Of a stretch of DNA of 64,000 nt, positions 25,497-38,020 are shown in pieces. The translations under genes were made by a program, and so were the position numbers. The DNA lies in NCBI GenBank assembly GCA_964016885.1, contig OZ024742.1:16430001-16494000 (forward strand). The letters run 5' to 3'. The notes beneath the pieces are model-generated. The model saw nothing but the letters and a program-made list of their open reading frames with translations. It ran no database searches and was not told the origin of the DNA. The DNA is from Eledone cirrhosa. Taxonomy: Eukaryota. Within the stretch, counting starts at the first letter, position 1. Each line of letters starts with the position of its first letter.

Positions 25497-25915
25497 GGTA
25501 ATTGATATAGAGGGGGGATTTGGAGAGAGCTCCGTGTAGTAGATATAGTGAGGGAGAGAGTGTGATGTTAATTGATACAGAGAGGGGGATTGGAAGAGTG
25601 TACCGTGTAGTAGATATAGAGAGGGTGAGAATTTGGTGGTTCTAGATATACAGAGAGGGATAATGGGGGAGTGACATGTAGTAGATATAGAGAGGGCGAG
25701 AGTTTAGGTGATTGATGTATAGAAGGGGAGACTGGGAGAGATAAGTGTAGATATTTATATATAGAGAGAGTGTATTAGTCTTAGATATAGAGAGTGGGAT
25801 AAGAGCGGTGGTGTCGTGCTAGCTATAGAGAGGGGTAGAGTTTGGTTTTAGTAAATACAGAGAGGAGGATTGAAAGAGATTTGTGTGATAAACATAGAGA
25901 GGGGAGAGTTTGGTG
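25497..25915. repeat. Degenerate ~35/70-bp purine-rich tandem repeat; one more unit at 19755-19807 on the far side of E4
   Basis: Recurring ATTGATATAGAGGGGGATT..GAGAG..CCGTGTAGTAGATATA. Confidence 0.75.
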
Positions 25916-25918
25916 GCA

Positions 25919-26230
25919 CTCTCGGGTCCTAAATAATAGGGGGGGGGGCAATAATGGTTATTGGGGGGGGGGATATCAGTAATTGTATAGTGTACGTTAG
26001 TAAATATGGGATTTCTTGTAATGTTCTTCGTTTGTCATTTATAATGTTTTTTAATGTAAAATAAAAGAATAACTTACAATACAATTTCGCCAGAGATAGA
26101 TATGTAAAAATTAACAAGCGGGTGCGGGGGTGGGGAGTCGTGGTGGAATAAAAACCGGGGTGGGTGGGGGTGGAAAAAATCTGACAAATTAATAAGCGTG
26201 GGGTGGGGATGATTATTCAAGACCTGAGGG
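25919..26230. mobile_element. Putative Tc1/mariner-type MITE
   Basis: Imperfect ~19-bp TIRs CTCTCGGGTCCTAAATAAT / ATTATTCAAGACCTGAGGG; flanked by CA on the left and TA on the right. Confidence 0.55.
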
Positions 26231-26287
26231 TACGGGAATTATTGACGGACCTAAGAATGAAAACTCAATACCGAAGTAGAGTTTAAA

Positions 26288-26422
26288 TATTCATTTATTA
26301 TGGTTCATCCTTGTTACTCTGAAGTTTTACCTGCGTACTTACCAGACGAGACTGGTGATCCTGTGAGTGCACAGGTGAAACTTTAGAGTAACAAAGCTCA
26401 CTAATAGCCGTAATAAATGAAT
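26288..26422 (+). repeat. Fold-back hairpin overlapping a hammerhead-like motif
   Basis: 32-bp arms at 26311-26342 and 26363-26394; CTGGTGA-T-CCTGTG-AGTG-CACAGG-T-GAAAC at 26352-26381. Confidence 0.7.
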
Positions 26423-27086
26423 GTATATATATATATATATATATATATTTGTAGTAAGAGGATTTGCTTCGAAATCACTAGACGTATCTGAGGAACTTGC
26501 GAATACAGAGTCAGGTTCTATCCACAAACAGATCGCACCTCGAGATGTTCGCCGGAGAAACACGTAATAAATTGTGTTCCGATGCATCACTGATTCTTCG
26601 TTTTTCATAATATATATATATATATATATATATGAATAAATTGGATATAATACCAGTTTCGTACCAAATGCGAAGAAGCTCGATATATTAACTGCTTAGG
26701 AAAGGATACAGAGCATAATTGTTTTTAATTATATATATTGTGTGGTGGCGGAACTGAGGGGACATACCCCTCCAATAATTATATTTTCTCCCCAAACTAC
26801 CAAAACACACATCTATTTGGATATACTCTACAATTTATGTATATTACTTATCGAAGTTTTCTCACAAATTTGAAGTGCAAAATGCTAAACTAATCACTAC
26901 AACTAAATTTGCTCCCCCACTCCAAAATATCTAAATTCAGTTTGATCTATTATATTTTTAAATCAATCTGTATTATATATATCGAGCTCTCTTCGGATTT
27001 TGGTCTTCATGTTTATTATATATATATATATAGTGGAAAGTAAAGTGTTTGGTATTAGTTTCACGCTTGAGAGTGGGGCGTGGGGG

Positions 27087-27118
27087 TCGACGTTTCGGCC
27101 ATAAGCCCTTCATCAGGA
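27087..27118 (-). ncRNA. Minimal type I hammerhead ribozyme motif (Penelope pLTR type)
   Basis: Minus strand reads TC-CTGATGA-AGGGCTTATGGCC-GAAAC-GTC-GA, downstream of a pyrimidine/CA-rich tract. Confidence 0.7.
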
Positions 27119-27693
27119 GAAAGGTTGGAAGGAAAAGAGTCCTGAGAGGGTGTGAGGGGGAAGTGGTGGAAAAACATTAAAATAAAAGGAAAAATATTAA
27201 AATGAAGGAACAAAAATTAAAATGAAAACAACTGGTGAAAGGGTGTGAGGCGTGTAGAGGTGGTGGTGTGTAGATGTAGGGGAAGGAGAGGTGAGAAGGA
27301 AATTGGGAGTCCGAGCAGGGAGGGCGAAAGGTGGTGTGTGTGTTTGGGTGTAGATGTACGCGTGTATGTGTGTATGCGTGGATGTGAGTGTGAGAGTTTG
27401 GGGGAGAACGATGTTCCATGCTCCGGTATTAGGAAAACCTGTGTGTGCATGGGGTGTAAGTCTGTGTGTGTGTGTCTGCATGTGGATGGAGAGGAGTCGG
27501 AAGAGGTGGGGGAGAAGGAGCGTGCGGAGTCCGGAAGCAGAGTGAGTGTATGTGAGGATACGCACGTGTGTGTTTTTGTGTGGTGTGGTACGTGGGAATG
27601 TATGTTTGCCTGTGTGCGAAAATGGTGTAAGTGTTTGTATGACAAGTAAGCATGTTTTGAAACAGCGAGCGAACTTGAAATTAGAAATAGAAA

Positions 27694-27869
27694 CTTTCGC
27701 CGTATTTTTGACTAAATAAATTCTAGCCTGATAGTGGATTTACAACCCTCTAAGAAATGGAATAAGATGAGTATTGACGTACTTAATACTAATTTTTTTA
27801 CCATTTGTTATAGGGTTCCTAAAGCCCACTATCAGGCTAAAATTCCTTTAGTCAAAAATACGTCGAAAG
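27694..27869. repeat. Imperfect ~176-bp palindrome (MITE-like)
   Basis: CTTTCG.CGTATTTTTGACTAAA..TAGCCTGATAGTGG is mirrored by CCACTATCAGGCTA..TTTAGTCAAAAATACG.CGAAAG. Confidence 0.8.
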
Positions 27870-27872
27870 CTG

Positions 27873-27938
<66 letters not shown>

Positions 27939-28021
27939 ATAATAATAAATGTGAAGACTAAAATCCAAAGAGGGCTCGATAAGGATAAATATATATAAAA
28001 TATATAAGAACCCTAGAGCAA

Positions 28022-28158
28022 ATATTTATTAAAATAACAGATTAAAGTTTAAGCAATGAATCGCTCTTTTCCCCCTTAACGGGATCTTCTGAAGATCCCG
28101 TTAAGGGTGAAAGCAGCGATTCATTGCTTAAACTTTAATCTGTTATTTTAATAAATAT
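28022..28158. repeat. Near-perfect 137-bp palindrome centred on a hammerhead core
   Basis: About 68-bp arms around T28090; the right arm begins CTGAAGA-TCCC-GTTAA-GGGT-GAAA. Confidence 0.9.
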
Positions 28159-28176
28159 ATATGCATATATATATAC

Positions 28177-28259
<83 letters not shown>

Positions 28260-28883
28260 CACAGACACAGACAGATACACACTTATATATGTGTATATAT
28301 TGCCCCACCGCACATATGTAATGTTTCTATTTCTTTCTCACATAAATATTAATGTATCATTCAGTGAGTTCCTTTCTATTGGTGTACAATATGAAAACTA
28401 GGATAAACCGAAAGAAGAGAATCTGAACAGTTTTCGTACTTAGTTCCAAGCTTGAACTGTCCTGTATCACTCAATAAACATTAGTTGATGTGGTGTAAAT
28501 CTCTTCTATCGTTCGTCTGTACCTATCTGTGAATGTATAATGTGGCCAGCTGAAGCAGAAAGTTCGTTACCGGAAAGATGAAAATATTTCGAAGGGAATA
28601 GAAAGTGCCTGTAATATTTTAGTTTGAAAAAAAAATATGTCGGCATTGAATAACGACGAATAAATGAATAAATCAACAAAAGATATTGAAATAATAAATT
28701 GATTTGTAAATTATGATAGTAAAATATGTTGAAAGAGAAATGATTGGTTTATTTTATGTTGAAAATATAACTGATCAGTTGGAGTTGGAAAGGGTTTCAA
28801 TTGAAAAAGATATTACACAGGTTCTTACATGTACACACTCATACACACACACGTGGGTGAACATATTGATGCCCATGTTATCA

Positions 28884-28922
<39 letters not shown>

Positions 28923-30285
28923 ACACATACACACACACATACACACATACACCCCCCCACACACACCCCCACACACACAGACATGCATAAACACGCACAG
29001 ATAAGTTTAGAAGTTTTTTTAAAAATCATCTTCCATTACAAAGTCACGTGGTGGCTTTGTACAAATTATTCTACACATTTTATTCTATTTATCTTTGTAT
29101 ACTCTACCAAAAGAGAGCTGCATTTGTAGAAAGAAAGCTTTATTTGAGTTATTCAATTATATATACCATATGTCACGACAATCCCTTTAACGTATATTTT
29201 CAGTCTTACCTCAGTCTAATAATGCATTAAATATAAAGAAACTTCACCCAGACTCATTATATCTTTACAGCTTTCTTATGTCATGTTTTGTCAAAGGTAT
29301 TTCAACAGATAATAATTACAAAGAATCCAATCTTCCAATTTTTTTCCACACAATTCTATTTTTTTACGTTGTTATTGTAAGTTGTTTGTATTTAAAAAAA
29401 AACATTCGCTGCAGCCATCTGCATCGATGTCGCTCCTCCGTACATCTGAAAATAAAACTAAATAAGAATCAAGCAACAAAACAAAACAAAAACAACGACA
29501 AAAAACAACAAACAAACAAAGAATAAAAACAAAAGAAGTTATATATTTGTAAACAATCAGTCACAGAAATCGAACCTAATTGCAACTCTTTATCAATCAA
29601 CTACCACGCCCGAATATTTAAAATAACTTTTAAGTATAACGTTAAATGCATTAACTCTATATCAATACCATCAAACATTTCCTCCTCGTCTATGGTTATA
29701 TATTATTAACATTATCATTATTATTTTTTTGAACAATGTAGAGAGAAGAGATATAAAAGTTTCAACGGTCTTTCAAGTGTCAAACTGAATATATTATCAA
29801 AGGATGCTAAATAGAAAAAGAAAAAACAAACATCTAAAACAACCAGAGACTTTTACGCAGTTCGATCCACCTGAAATTACTTCGTACATCCAGAGAACCT
29901 CTAGCTTGAGAGTGAAGCAGTATTTATTTCATATAATTACTGTCAATTCCATACATTAACAGTAAATGAAGAAATACAAATAGCAAGTAAAAGCTTTGTA
30001 TAAAATATACACTCAATAATTCTACACAACAAATGATAATCTAGCAATGTTTGATCACAGATAATTTCCAAAAATTGATGACATACAATTGTTACTCTTC
30101 TGGTTGTAGTTATGGCATTGGTGCTGGTCTCCTGTTAAACATATGCTTTTATTATTGTTTTGTTTTCTGTTGTAGTTGTTATACTATATATTACTTCCCC
30201 TTAATTGCTGCCTTACCGATATAGAAATTTGTAATAAAATGTATTTATGAATGTATTGGTATGTATATACCTACATACGTACACG

Positions 30286-30359
<74 letters not shown>

Positions 30360-30369
30360 CATATATATA

Positions 30370-30410
<41 letters not shown>

Positions 30411-30648
30411 AGGTAAGTTTTTTACATTCATTTAAATTATTGATTTATTGATATTTTATTTGAGTGACCCGAATCTTCCTGGTCGTTCTTTTTCGGCTGC
30501 ACGGGTGATTTTAGGCATAATCTCTATGTGTTGGTAATTTAACGATAGTTATAGCTCTGATTTATCCAAATTATTGAGCCCTCTGCCACTCATATCGGAT
30601 ATTGTTTATCGTTAATTCTTGAGCTGATTTTCCGATACTCGATTATTC

Positions 30649-30687
<39 letters not shown>

Positions 30688-30713
30688 GTATGTATATATA
30701 CATACAAACACAA

Positions 30714-30745
<32 letters not shown>

Positions 30746-30885
30746 ACATACATTTCTACATATATATATAATTATGTATACATATATATATGTATATCTG
30801 TAGGAGGTGAGGTTTATTGTAGCACAATAAAGCAATGCAAATATCGAATAAGTAGCACTCTACAGTTTGTAGGACAGGAGTATAA

Positions 30886-30956
30886 ATAATATAAGATCAA
30901 AAGATGGTTAAAAGAGTTCCAAGTATTTTATTATGCGCATTTCAAAAACAAATATC

Positions 30957-31008
<52 letters not shown>

Positions 31009-31488
31009 ATAGTAGTGAAAGAGTGAAGAATAACATAGTCGGCTGTACAAAAGGGTTTTATATATATATATCATCTTTTAAATTATCTATTATCTTCCAA
31101 CGGCTTTTTAATTTCTCTCTGTGAGACAATATATATATTTTTCTCAGTCGTAAAGGCTATCTCTCTCTCTCTCTATCACCCATCTCTCCTCCTCTTCATC
31201 CTTCCTTCTTATACTCCTCCCCCATTATTCTTTACTCTCATCTCTTCCCCTTCCTTACCTTTTCCACCCCTCCCCTCACTTTATCCCAATCTCATACATC
31301 AATCTTAATTTATTTTTCATATGTTGATTTAAAACTTCACTATTTACAGGTGTTTTTTAAGCTTCAAATCATGTATCCCTATTTTTTCTGATGAGAACGC
31401 AGATATCATCCCATGATGAAATTTGTTTTTGAAAGGCGCATAATAAAATACTTGGAACTCTTTTAACCATCTTTTGATCTTATATTAT
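30886..31488 (+). mobile_element. Penelope-like 3' relic: pLTR with hammerhead plus an inverted partial pLTR
   Basis: CTGATGA at 31388, long stem II, GAAA at 31431. 30886-30953 is the reverse complement of 31421-31488. A weak GIY-YIG-tail-like peptide lies near 31070-31110. Confidence 0.6.
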
Positions 31489-31491
31489 ATA

Positions 31492-31540
<49 letters not shown>

Positions 31541-31614
31541 TTATATATATATATATATTTAGTTTCTGAATTTGTTTAGCAAGATTCTTTATCTGAAATC
31601 GTGTGTTGAAACCG

Positions 31615-32255
<641 letters not shown>

Positions 32256-32287
32256 TGGTTCCACAACCAGATGTTTGTTTATATATT

Positions 32288-32330
32288 GTCAAAGTTCTTT
32301 CGTCACACATTCTGTGACCTCTTCAGTGAC
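32288..32330 (-). ncRNA. Minimal type I hammerhead ribozyme in the Penelope 3' pLTR
   Basis: GTCA-CTGAAGA-G-GTCACA-GAATG-TGTGAC-GAAA-GAAC-TT-TGAC: stems I and II pair; it lies about 200 nt after the GIY-YIG stop, same strand. Confidence 0.8.
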
Positions 32331-32532
32331 TGGGGATTCTTTTTTTGTTTTTGTGCTTCTCCTTTGTTCTGTCCTACGCCATCTTGTTTCTGTGTGTGTG
32401 TGTTCTGTGCTCAGTCTGCGCATGCGGCACATCCGGGTGTCTGTGTGTGTTTATATTCGTTTATTTATTTGTTTATTTACATGTTACAGGTTGGTTGTTT
32501 GTTCTATGTGCGTATGTGTTTTCATGTTGTCC

Positions 32533-34345
32533 TTAATTGTAAGTTGTGATGTTGCTGTTCCACTCATGTTTTCTATTTAATTTTGGTTGTAATTCTTTTA
32601 TGTTTATTGCCTCTGTGATTTGTCTAAACATTGCGTCTTTTCTGTGTGTAGATTCTATTTTTATTTCTATGTTCTCTAATTTACCCTTATGTTCTATTTT
32701 AGCATGTTGGTAGAGTACAGATGATTCTTTACTATCTTGAAGGTCTCGCCAGTGTTCATTTATCCGTTCCCCTACACTACGAGCTGTCTCACCTATGTAC
32801 ACTATATTTTTGTCTCTACATTGTCCTTCAGTACATCTTATGCTATATCCTACGTTTCTAGTGTTACAGTTAATATGGGGGCTTAATTTACAGGTTATAC
32901 ATTTCTTATCTATACAGGGGGGTCTTTGAAAAGGGTATGTCTTGCTAATAAGTGTTTTTACGGAGGTACCTGGTCTTTCTACTATCTTAATATTGAGTTC
33001 ATATTTATCTAGAGCCCTTCTAAATTTGTAAGCTAATTCACCTCTAAGGGTTGTATCGATGAACATTACACTCTGGTATTTATTGCTATCATACCATGAG
33101 TTTATTCTATTAGCCTTATTCATAGTTCTTTCTATTCTATTCTAAAATTTGCTCCTATATAAGGGGCAGGTCCCATTTGTGTCATTATTTACCATTTTTT
33201 CCCATTTGGTTCTGGCTCCTCTATACACTCTGATTTTATCTCTCTGATTGTAACCAGAGAACTGCATACGGTGGATGAAGTGTTGTATGTTTCTCTCTAG
33301 TTCTTCGGGGTTGAACATGCGGGACACGTTTCTCATCACCCGTACCAAATCCGCAATCAGTATGTTGATTTTGGTATGGTCCGAAATGGCTGAGTTTCGG
33401 TGGATCAGATATTTGGAAGTCATGGGTTTGGCATAATGGGAATGGAGGATCTGTTTTTTGTTATTAATGGTATCTAACCAGAGCTCTGTGTCTAGTACAG
33501 GTAATCGATGGTTGGGGTGTTTGCTTGGGTAGTCTATAGTAACTCTAATACTCTGGTGGATGGAGTTAGCTATTTGCTGGATGCTTTCCATTGTGTTTTT
33601 CTCTAGTTCCTGACTGTTCTATAGTGGGGGTGTTTTAACTACGATGTTTATATCATCAATGTAGCGGGAGTACATTATCAGGGTTAAGGGGTCTTCTAAT
33701 TGTTCTGTAAGTTTAAGTTTAAGCCTACTCTCCCACCATACCATGAATAAGTTAGCTATGTCGCCTGCAATGCTAACACCAATGGCTGCTCCTTCCTCTT
33801 GGACATATGTTTTTCCATTAAATTTGAACATATGTTCCTTAAGGGTTAATTTTATGCTGGCCCCCACCGCATGTGCAATCATTTTCTTTAGTTCATCGTG
33901 GTTTTCGGGTGTCCGTATGGCTCTGGTCCACCCGTTCCATCTATCTGTGTGGGTTTTCTTGGCCATTGAGGTAATGGTAGGTGGTCTGCCTCTTGCTGGT
34001 CTTGTAGGGCACAGGTTGCTAAGGTCATATGTGTCTAGGTAATTATTACTATAGGTAAGTTTAAGTAGGAGTCCTAGCTCACTGGTATCAATCCCACGGA
34101 ACTCAACATTGCTCTCACTGATCATTTCTACGCATTTCTCCACAGCAAAATCTACATCAATAGATGGATACAGGGACACAACATCCATACTACCTATTAT
34201 GCAGTTTGTTAGGTCCCTAGATCGGTTACTCTCGCCGATTCTGCTGAGGAGGTCTTCCGTGCTGTCACATACATCTGGGGACATTTCAATGATGGGGCGT
34301 ATGATCAGGGAGAGGAAGTAGGACAGTCTGTAGTTACTAGCAATG
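32533..34345 (-). pseudogene. Penelope-like element RT + GIY-YIG endonuclease, 5'-truncated and disrupted
   Basis: SMDVVSLYPSI, QEEGAAIG, YSRYIDDI, LPVLD, HYAKP; then NVGYSIRC..VYIGETARSVGERINEH..EAINIKELQPKLN. Confidence 0.92.
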
Positions 34346-34347
34346 TC

Positions 34348-35340
34348 TCAACTTGTCTCGCTGACGGAGCTGCAGTCCTTCTAGAAGCGACGACCGAAGA
34401 AGATTGGCGCCTGGCACATTGAATGCGCCCAGGCGCTCACATTCCTCTGTCAAGCGGGCACTGCAATCAGTGGAGACTCCACTTCGACATTCTATAGAGG
34501 GTTAGTCTTTACAAGTGCGACGACGTGCTCGGGGAGACTCTAGGCGTCGAAGACGACGAGCTCACCAGTCTGTTCGGTAGGACGTTCCGAGGTCCCTGGC
34601 CTGACAGTGCTACCGAGGAGCTCTACCCGTTCGAGATAAGATCTACAGGCACGGACGCCTCGGCAGGGATCCTTCCAAGAGGACGTATCCAAAATGCGAG
34701 CAGGACATTGAAACCGTCTTGCACGCAATTATACACTGCCTGGGCGTAACCGACCTGTTGAACTATGCAGAACAACTGCTGTCGCGTATGAGACAAATCC
34801 AGTTGACAATCGAGTCCATAGTAAGGATCAAACCGCCAGCCTCTTTCAAAAACGAAAGAGAGGCGGTTTTCCTCTGTACGGTGGCTATGGTGAAAGAGGT
34901 TATATGGTGGACGAGATTGAGAGGACTGAGGTCAGATACCTTTCTCTCCGGACAACAATTGGTTCCCTTCTTTAAGTATCATTTTAGAAGGAGAATCAGG
35001 GTGGAGAGAGAGGCACTGCACCCCAGTAAATTTACTGAAAGGTGGGTGAATGAAGCGACAATGGCCCGAGTAATTGGGCCTTCTCTGTTTTTAAGCCTGT
35101 AGGTTAAAGGAGAGAGCAAAAGGAAGAAGGGAGCACTTGCACAACACGCTCCTGAAGTTGAGAGTTGTTCTATTGACGGGGTATTAAACAACCCATTTGT
35201 GGCGTCTCCCCCCTATAGGGGATTTCGATTGTTATAATTGTTATTTTCAATATTTTTACATGGCTGTATGTAAAATCCCCGGCATGTGTCTTTGTATTGT
35301 CCCTTTTTCTTGTGCGCCCTTGTGGCAAATAAAGAAATCT
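34348..35340 (+). mobile_element. 5'-truncated L1/Tx1 LINE copy E5 (E4 subfamily)
   Basis: ORF2 C-terminus (WWTRLRGLRSDTFLSGQQL); 3' end GCCCTTGTGGCAAATAAAGAAATC followed by (CTAT)n at 35341-35430. Confidence 0.9.
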
Positions 35341-35367
35341 CTCTATCTCTCTATCTATCTATCTATC

Positions 35368-35422
<55 letters not shown>

Positions 35423-35430
35423 CTATCTAT

Positions 35431-37011
35431 CAGGCGGACGTCGGCCTACGCGGACGATGTGACAGTAATGGTGTCGAGCACCTCGCAAATCGGGCAGGTC
35501 GGCACCTTACCGGAGGAATACGAAAGTTTCACAGGAGCGATGCTGAACCGGGACAAATCCGTCGGTTTGCAACTCGGAACGTGGAGAGGCAAACCGATGC
35601 CTTCCGATGGCGTCGTCGGACGCTGGACGGAAGGACCGGTAAAGCTGCTCGGGGTCTGGTTTGGTCCGGACCTCCAGGTGGAGAAGAACTGGAACGAGGT
35701 GACGGCCAAGGTGTTTGCGCTCACCCAGAAGTGGGCCGAGTGCAAACTATCCTTAAAAGGTCGAATGGAGGTGGCGAACACTTTTATAGCGTCCGTCATC
35801 TACTACCGCTTGACCGTATTGCCTTGTTCAGCCAAAACGCTCACCAAAATGGAGCGCGCGCTCTTTCAATTCCTTTGGAAGAAACAGGCTCCTTTGGTGA
35901 GAAGATCCATCTGCTGCCAACACCCTCCAAACGGAGGGCTGGGGTTGCCGTGGATGACGATGCGCAAACACGCGCTCAGGCTGCGGCACCTCCACGTATT
36001 CCTCACAGGACAAGCGGTGTGGGCCCCGTTTGTGAGGCGAGCATTCCCACGACTCGTGACGCTGACCAAGCTGCAGTCCTGGGTCAAGCAAAGACCGAGG
36101 AAAATCTGCGACTGGCACATCGAATGTGCTCAGGGGCGCACATCCCTCTGGCAAACGGACCCGGCGATCAGTGGAGACTCCACTTCGACATTCTATAGAG
36201 GGGTGGTCCGCAGTAGGTGCGACGACACCCTCGGAGAAACTCTAGGCGTAGAGGACCAACTGGTCAGTCTGGTCGGTAGGATCTTCCGCCCGGGACCAAT
36301 GGACAACTTCCAAAAGTTCCTGGTCTGGCAGTGCTACCGAGGAGCTCTACCAGTTCGAGACAAGCTCTACAGACACGGGCGCCCGGGCAGAGACCCTTCG
36401 AAAAAATTTGTCTGAGATGCGTGCGCGACGAGGAAACCGTCGCGCACACATTTGTACACTGCCCGGGCGTTACCGACCTGTGGGGCTATGTAGAACGACT
36501 ATTGTCGCTGGTGGGACCAATCCTGTTGACTACCGAGTCCATTGTCATGATCAAACCGCCACCCTCCTTCAAAAACGAGGGAGAAGCGGTTTTCCTATGT
36601 GTTATGGCTATGGTGAAAGGTTATATGGTGGACAACTGATTCGTTTTTTCAAATATAATTTTGGAAGAAGAATCAGGATGGAGAGAGAGGTGCTGTACCC
36701 CAGCAAATTTTATAAAAGGTGGGTGAATGTGGCAAAGATGACCCGAGTGGTTGGGCATTCTCTCTATATAAGCCTGTAGGTTGGGGAAAAAGAGGAAGAG
36801 ATGAAGGGAGTACTCACTATTGGTGCTCCTGGAGATGAGGGTTGTACATTTTTTCGGGGTGTGTACAACCCCTGTGTAACGCCTCCCCCCTATTGGGGAT
36901 TTCAATTGTTATTTGTTATTTTATTAAAAGTTTTATTTTCATATACCCGTATGTAAACTCCCCATTTGTATTTGTCCCCTACTTTTTTGCCCTTGTTGCT
37001 TATAAAGAAAT
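35431..37011 (+). mobile_element. 5'-truncated L1/Tx1 LINE copy E6 (E4 subfamily)
   Basis: Begins at the YADD region and closely matches E4 ORF2; (TATC)n lies on both sides. Confidence 0.92.
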
Positions 37012-37038
37012 GTATCTATCTATCTATCTATCTATTTA

Positions 37039-37163
37039 TCAAATCCCGCTTAGGTTAACTTTGCCTTTCATCCTTACGGGGTCGATAAAATAAAGTACCG
37101 GTAATGCACTGGGATAATTTCTGGCCTTTTGTCAAAAGTAGAAACAATTATTATTATTATTAT
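37039..37163 (+). mobile_element. SINE family A, 5'-truncated at the B box
   Basis: CAAATCCCG..GTTAACTTTGCCTTTCATCCTTACGGGGTCGATAAAATAAAGTACC..GAAACAATT followed by (ATT)n. Confidence 0.85.
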
Positions 37164-37588
37164 ATGATTTTTGGATTAATTCAAGTCAAAAAACGAATCC
37201 ATAGAAACTGTATATCGTCTAAAAACTATTTAAGACCGAAACAGCCGTTGTGTTGAATTATTATTTTCAAACATATATGTTTTGTGAAATATGACATAGT
37301 GAAATATAGATGAGAGAGAGAAGAAAAGATGAAGAAAGAGAGATACATATGATCTAAGATGAAGGATGCTAGATGGCAGCATAAGAAAATAGAGAATAAA
37401 TCAAACGATGTGCTAGACAAAGATGACAAATGAAATGAAAGGAAATTCTAAACAACTAGACCACAATACTACCACCACCACCAACAAAAACAACAAAAAC
37501 AATAATAATAATTCTTTCTTTCAATTTCAACAGGAACCATTCTTAAATATAGAAAAGAAAATGTTATAAAGGTGTTACAAAAATATAT

Positions 37589-37780
37589 AACTATTTCTAC
37601 TTTTGGCACAAGGCCAGCAATTATCTCAGTGTATTACTGGTACTTTATTTTATCGATCCCGTAAGGATGAAAGGCAAAGTTAACCTCGGCGAGATTTGAA
37701 CTCAGACCGTAAAGCGCCGTAACTCTATGCTGCTAAGCAAGGCGTCCGACCCTCTACCGATACTGCCAATCCACCGCCCC
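37589..37780 (-). mobile_element. SINE family A with 13-bp TSD
   Basis: TACAAAAATATAT at 37576-37588 and 37781-37793. Confidence 0.9.
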
Positions 37781-37842
37781 TACAAAAATATATGACATTC
37801 GAAGTTAAATATAATAGAAAGAGAATGAGAATACACTGTAGT

Positions 37843-38020
37843 GGTTTCTAATTTCGACACAAAGTCGGTAAAGGGGAATCACAAAATTAATTAAATCAAT
37901 CCCAGTGTATTACTGGTACTCTGTTTTATCGACCCCGAAAGAATTAGAGGACAATTTATCTGGAAGGGATTTGAACTCAGAATGTAAAGAGACAGAAGAA
38001 ATGCTGCAATGACATTTTAT
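37843..38020 (-). mobile_element. SINE family A, old diverged copy
   Basis: CCCAGTGTATTACTGGTACT..TTTTATCGACCCCGAAAG..ATTTGAACTCAG. Confidence 0.7.

Noticed and set aside
26495-26570. Additional hammerhead (CTGAGGA..; ..GAAACACGTA)
   Set aside because: The core halves are not linked by a convincing stem II or stem I.
28300-30200. Short ORFs in AT-rich spacer DNA
   Set aside because: Low complexity, with no motifs or splice structure I can support.
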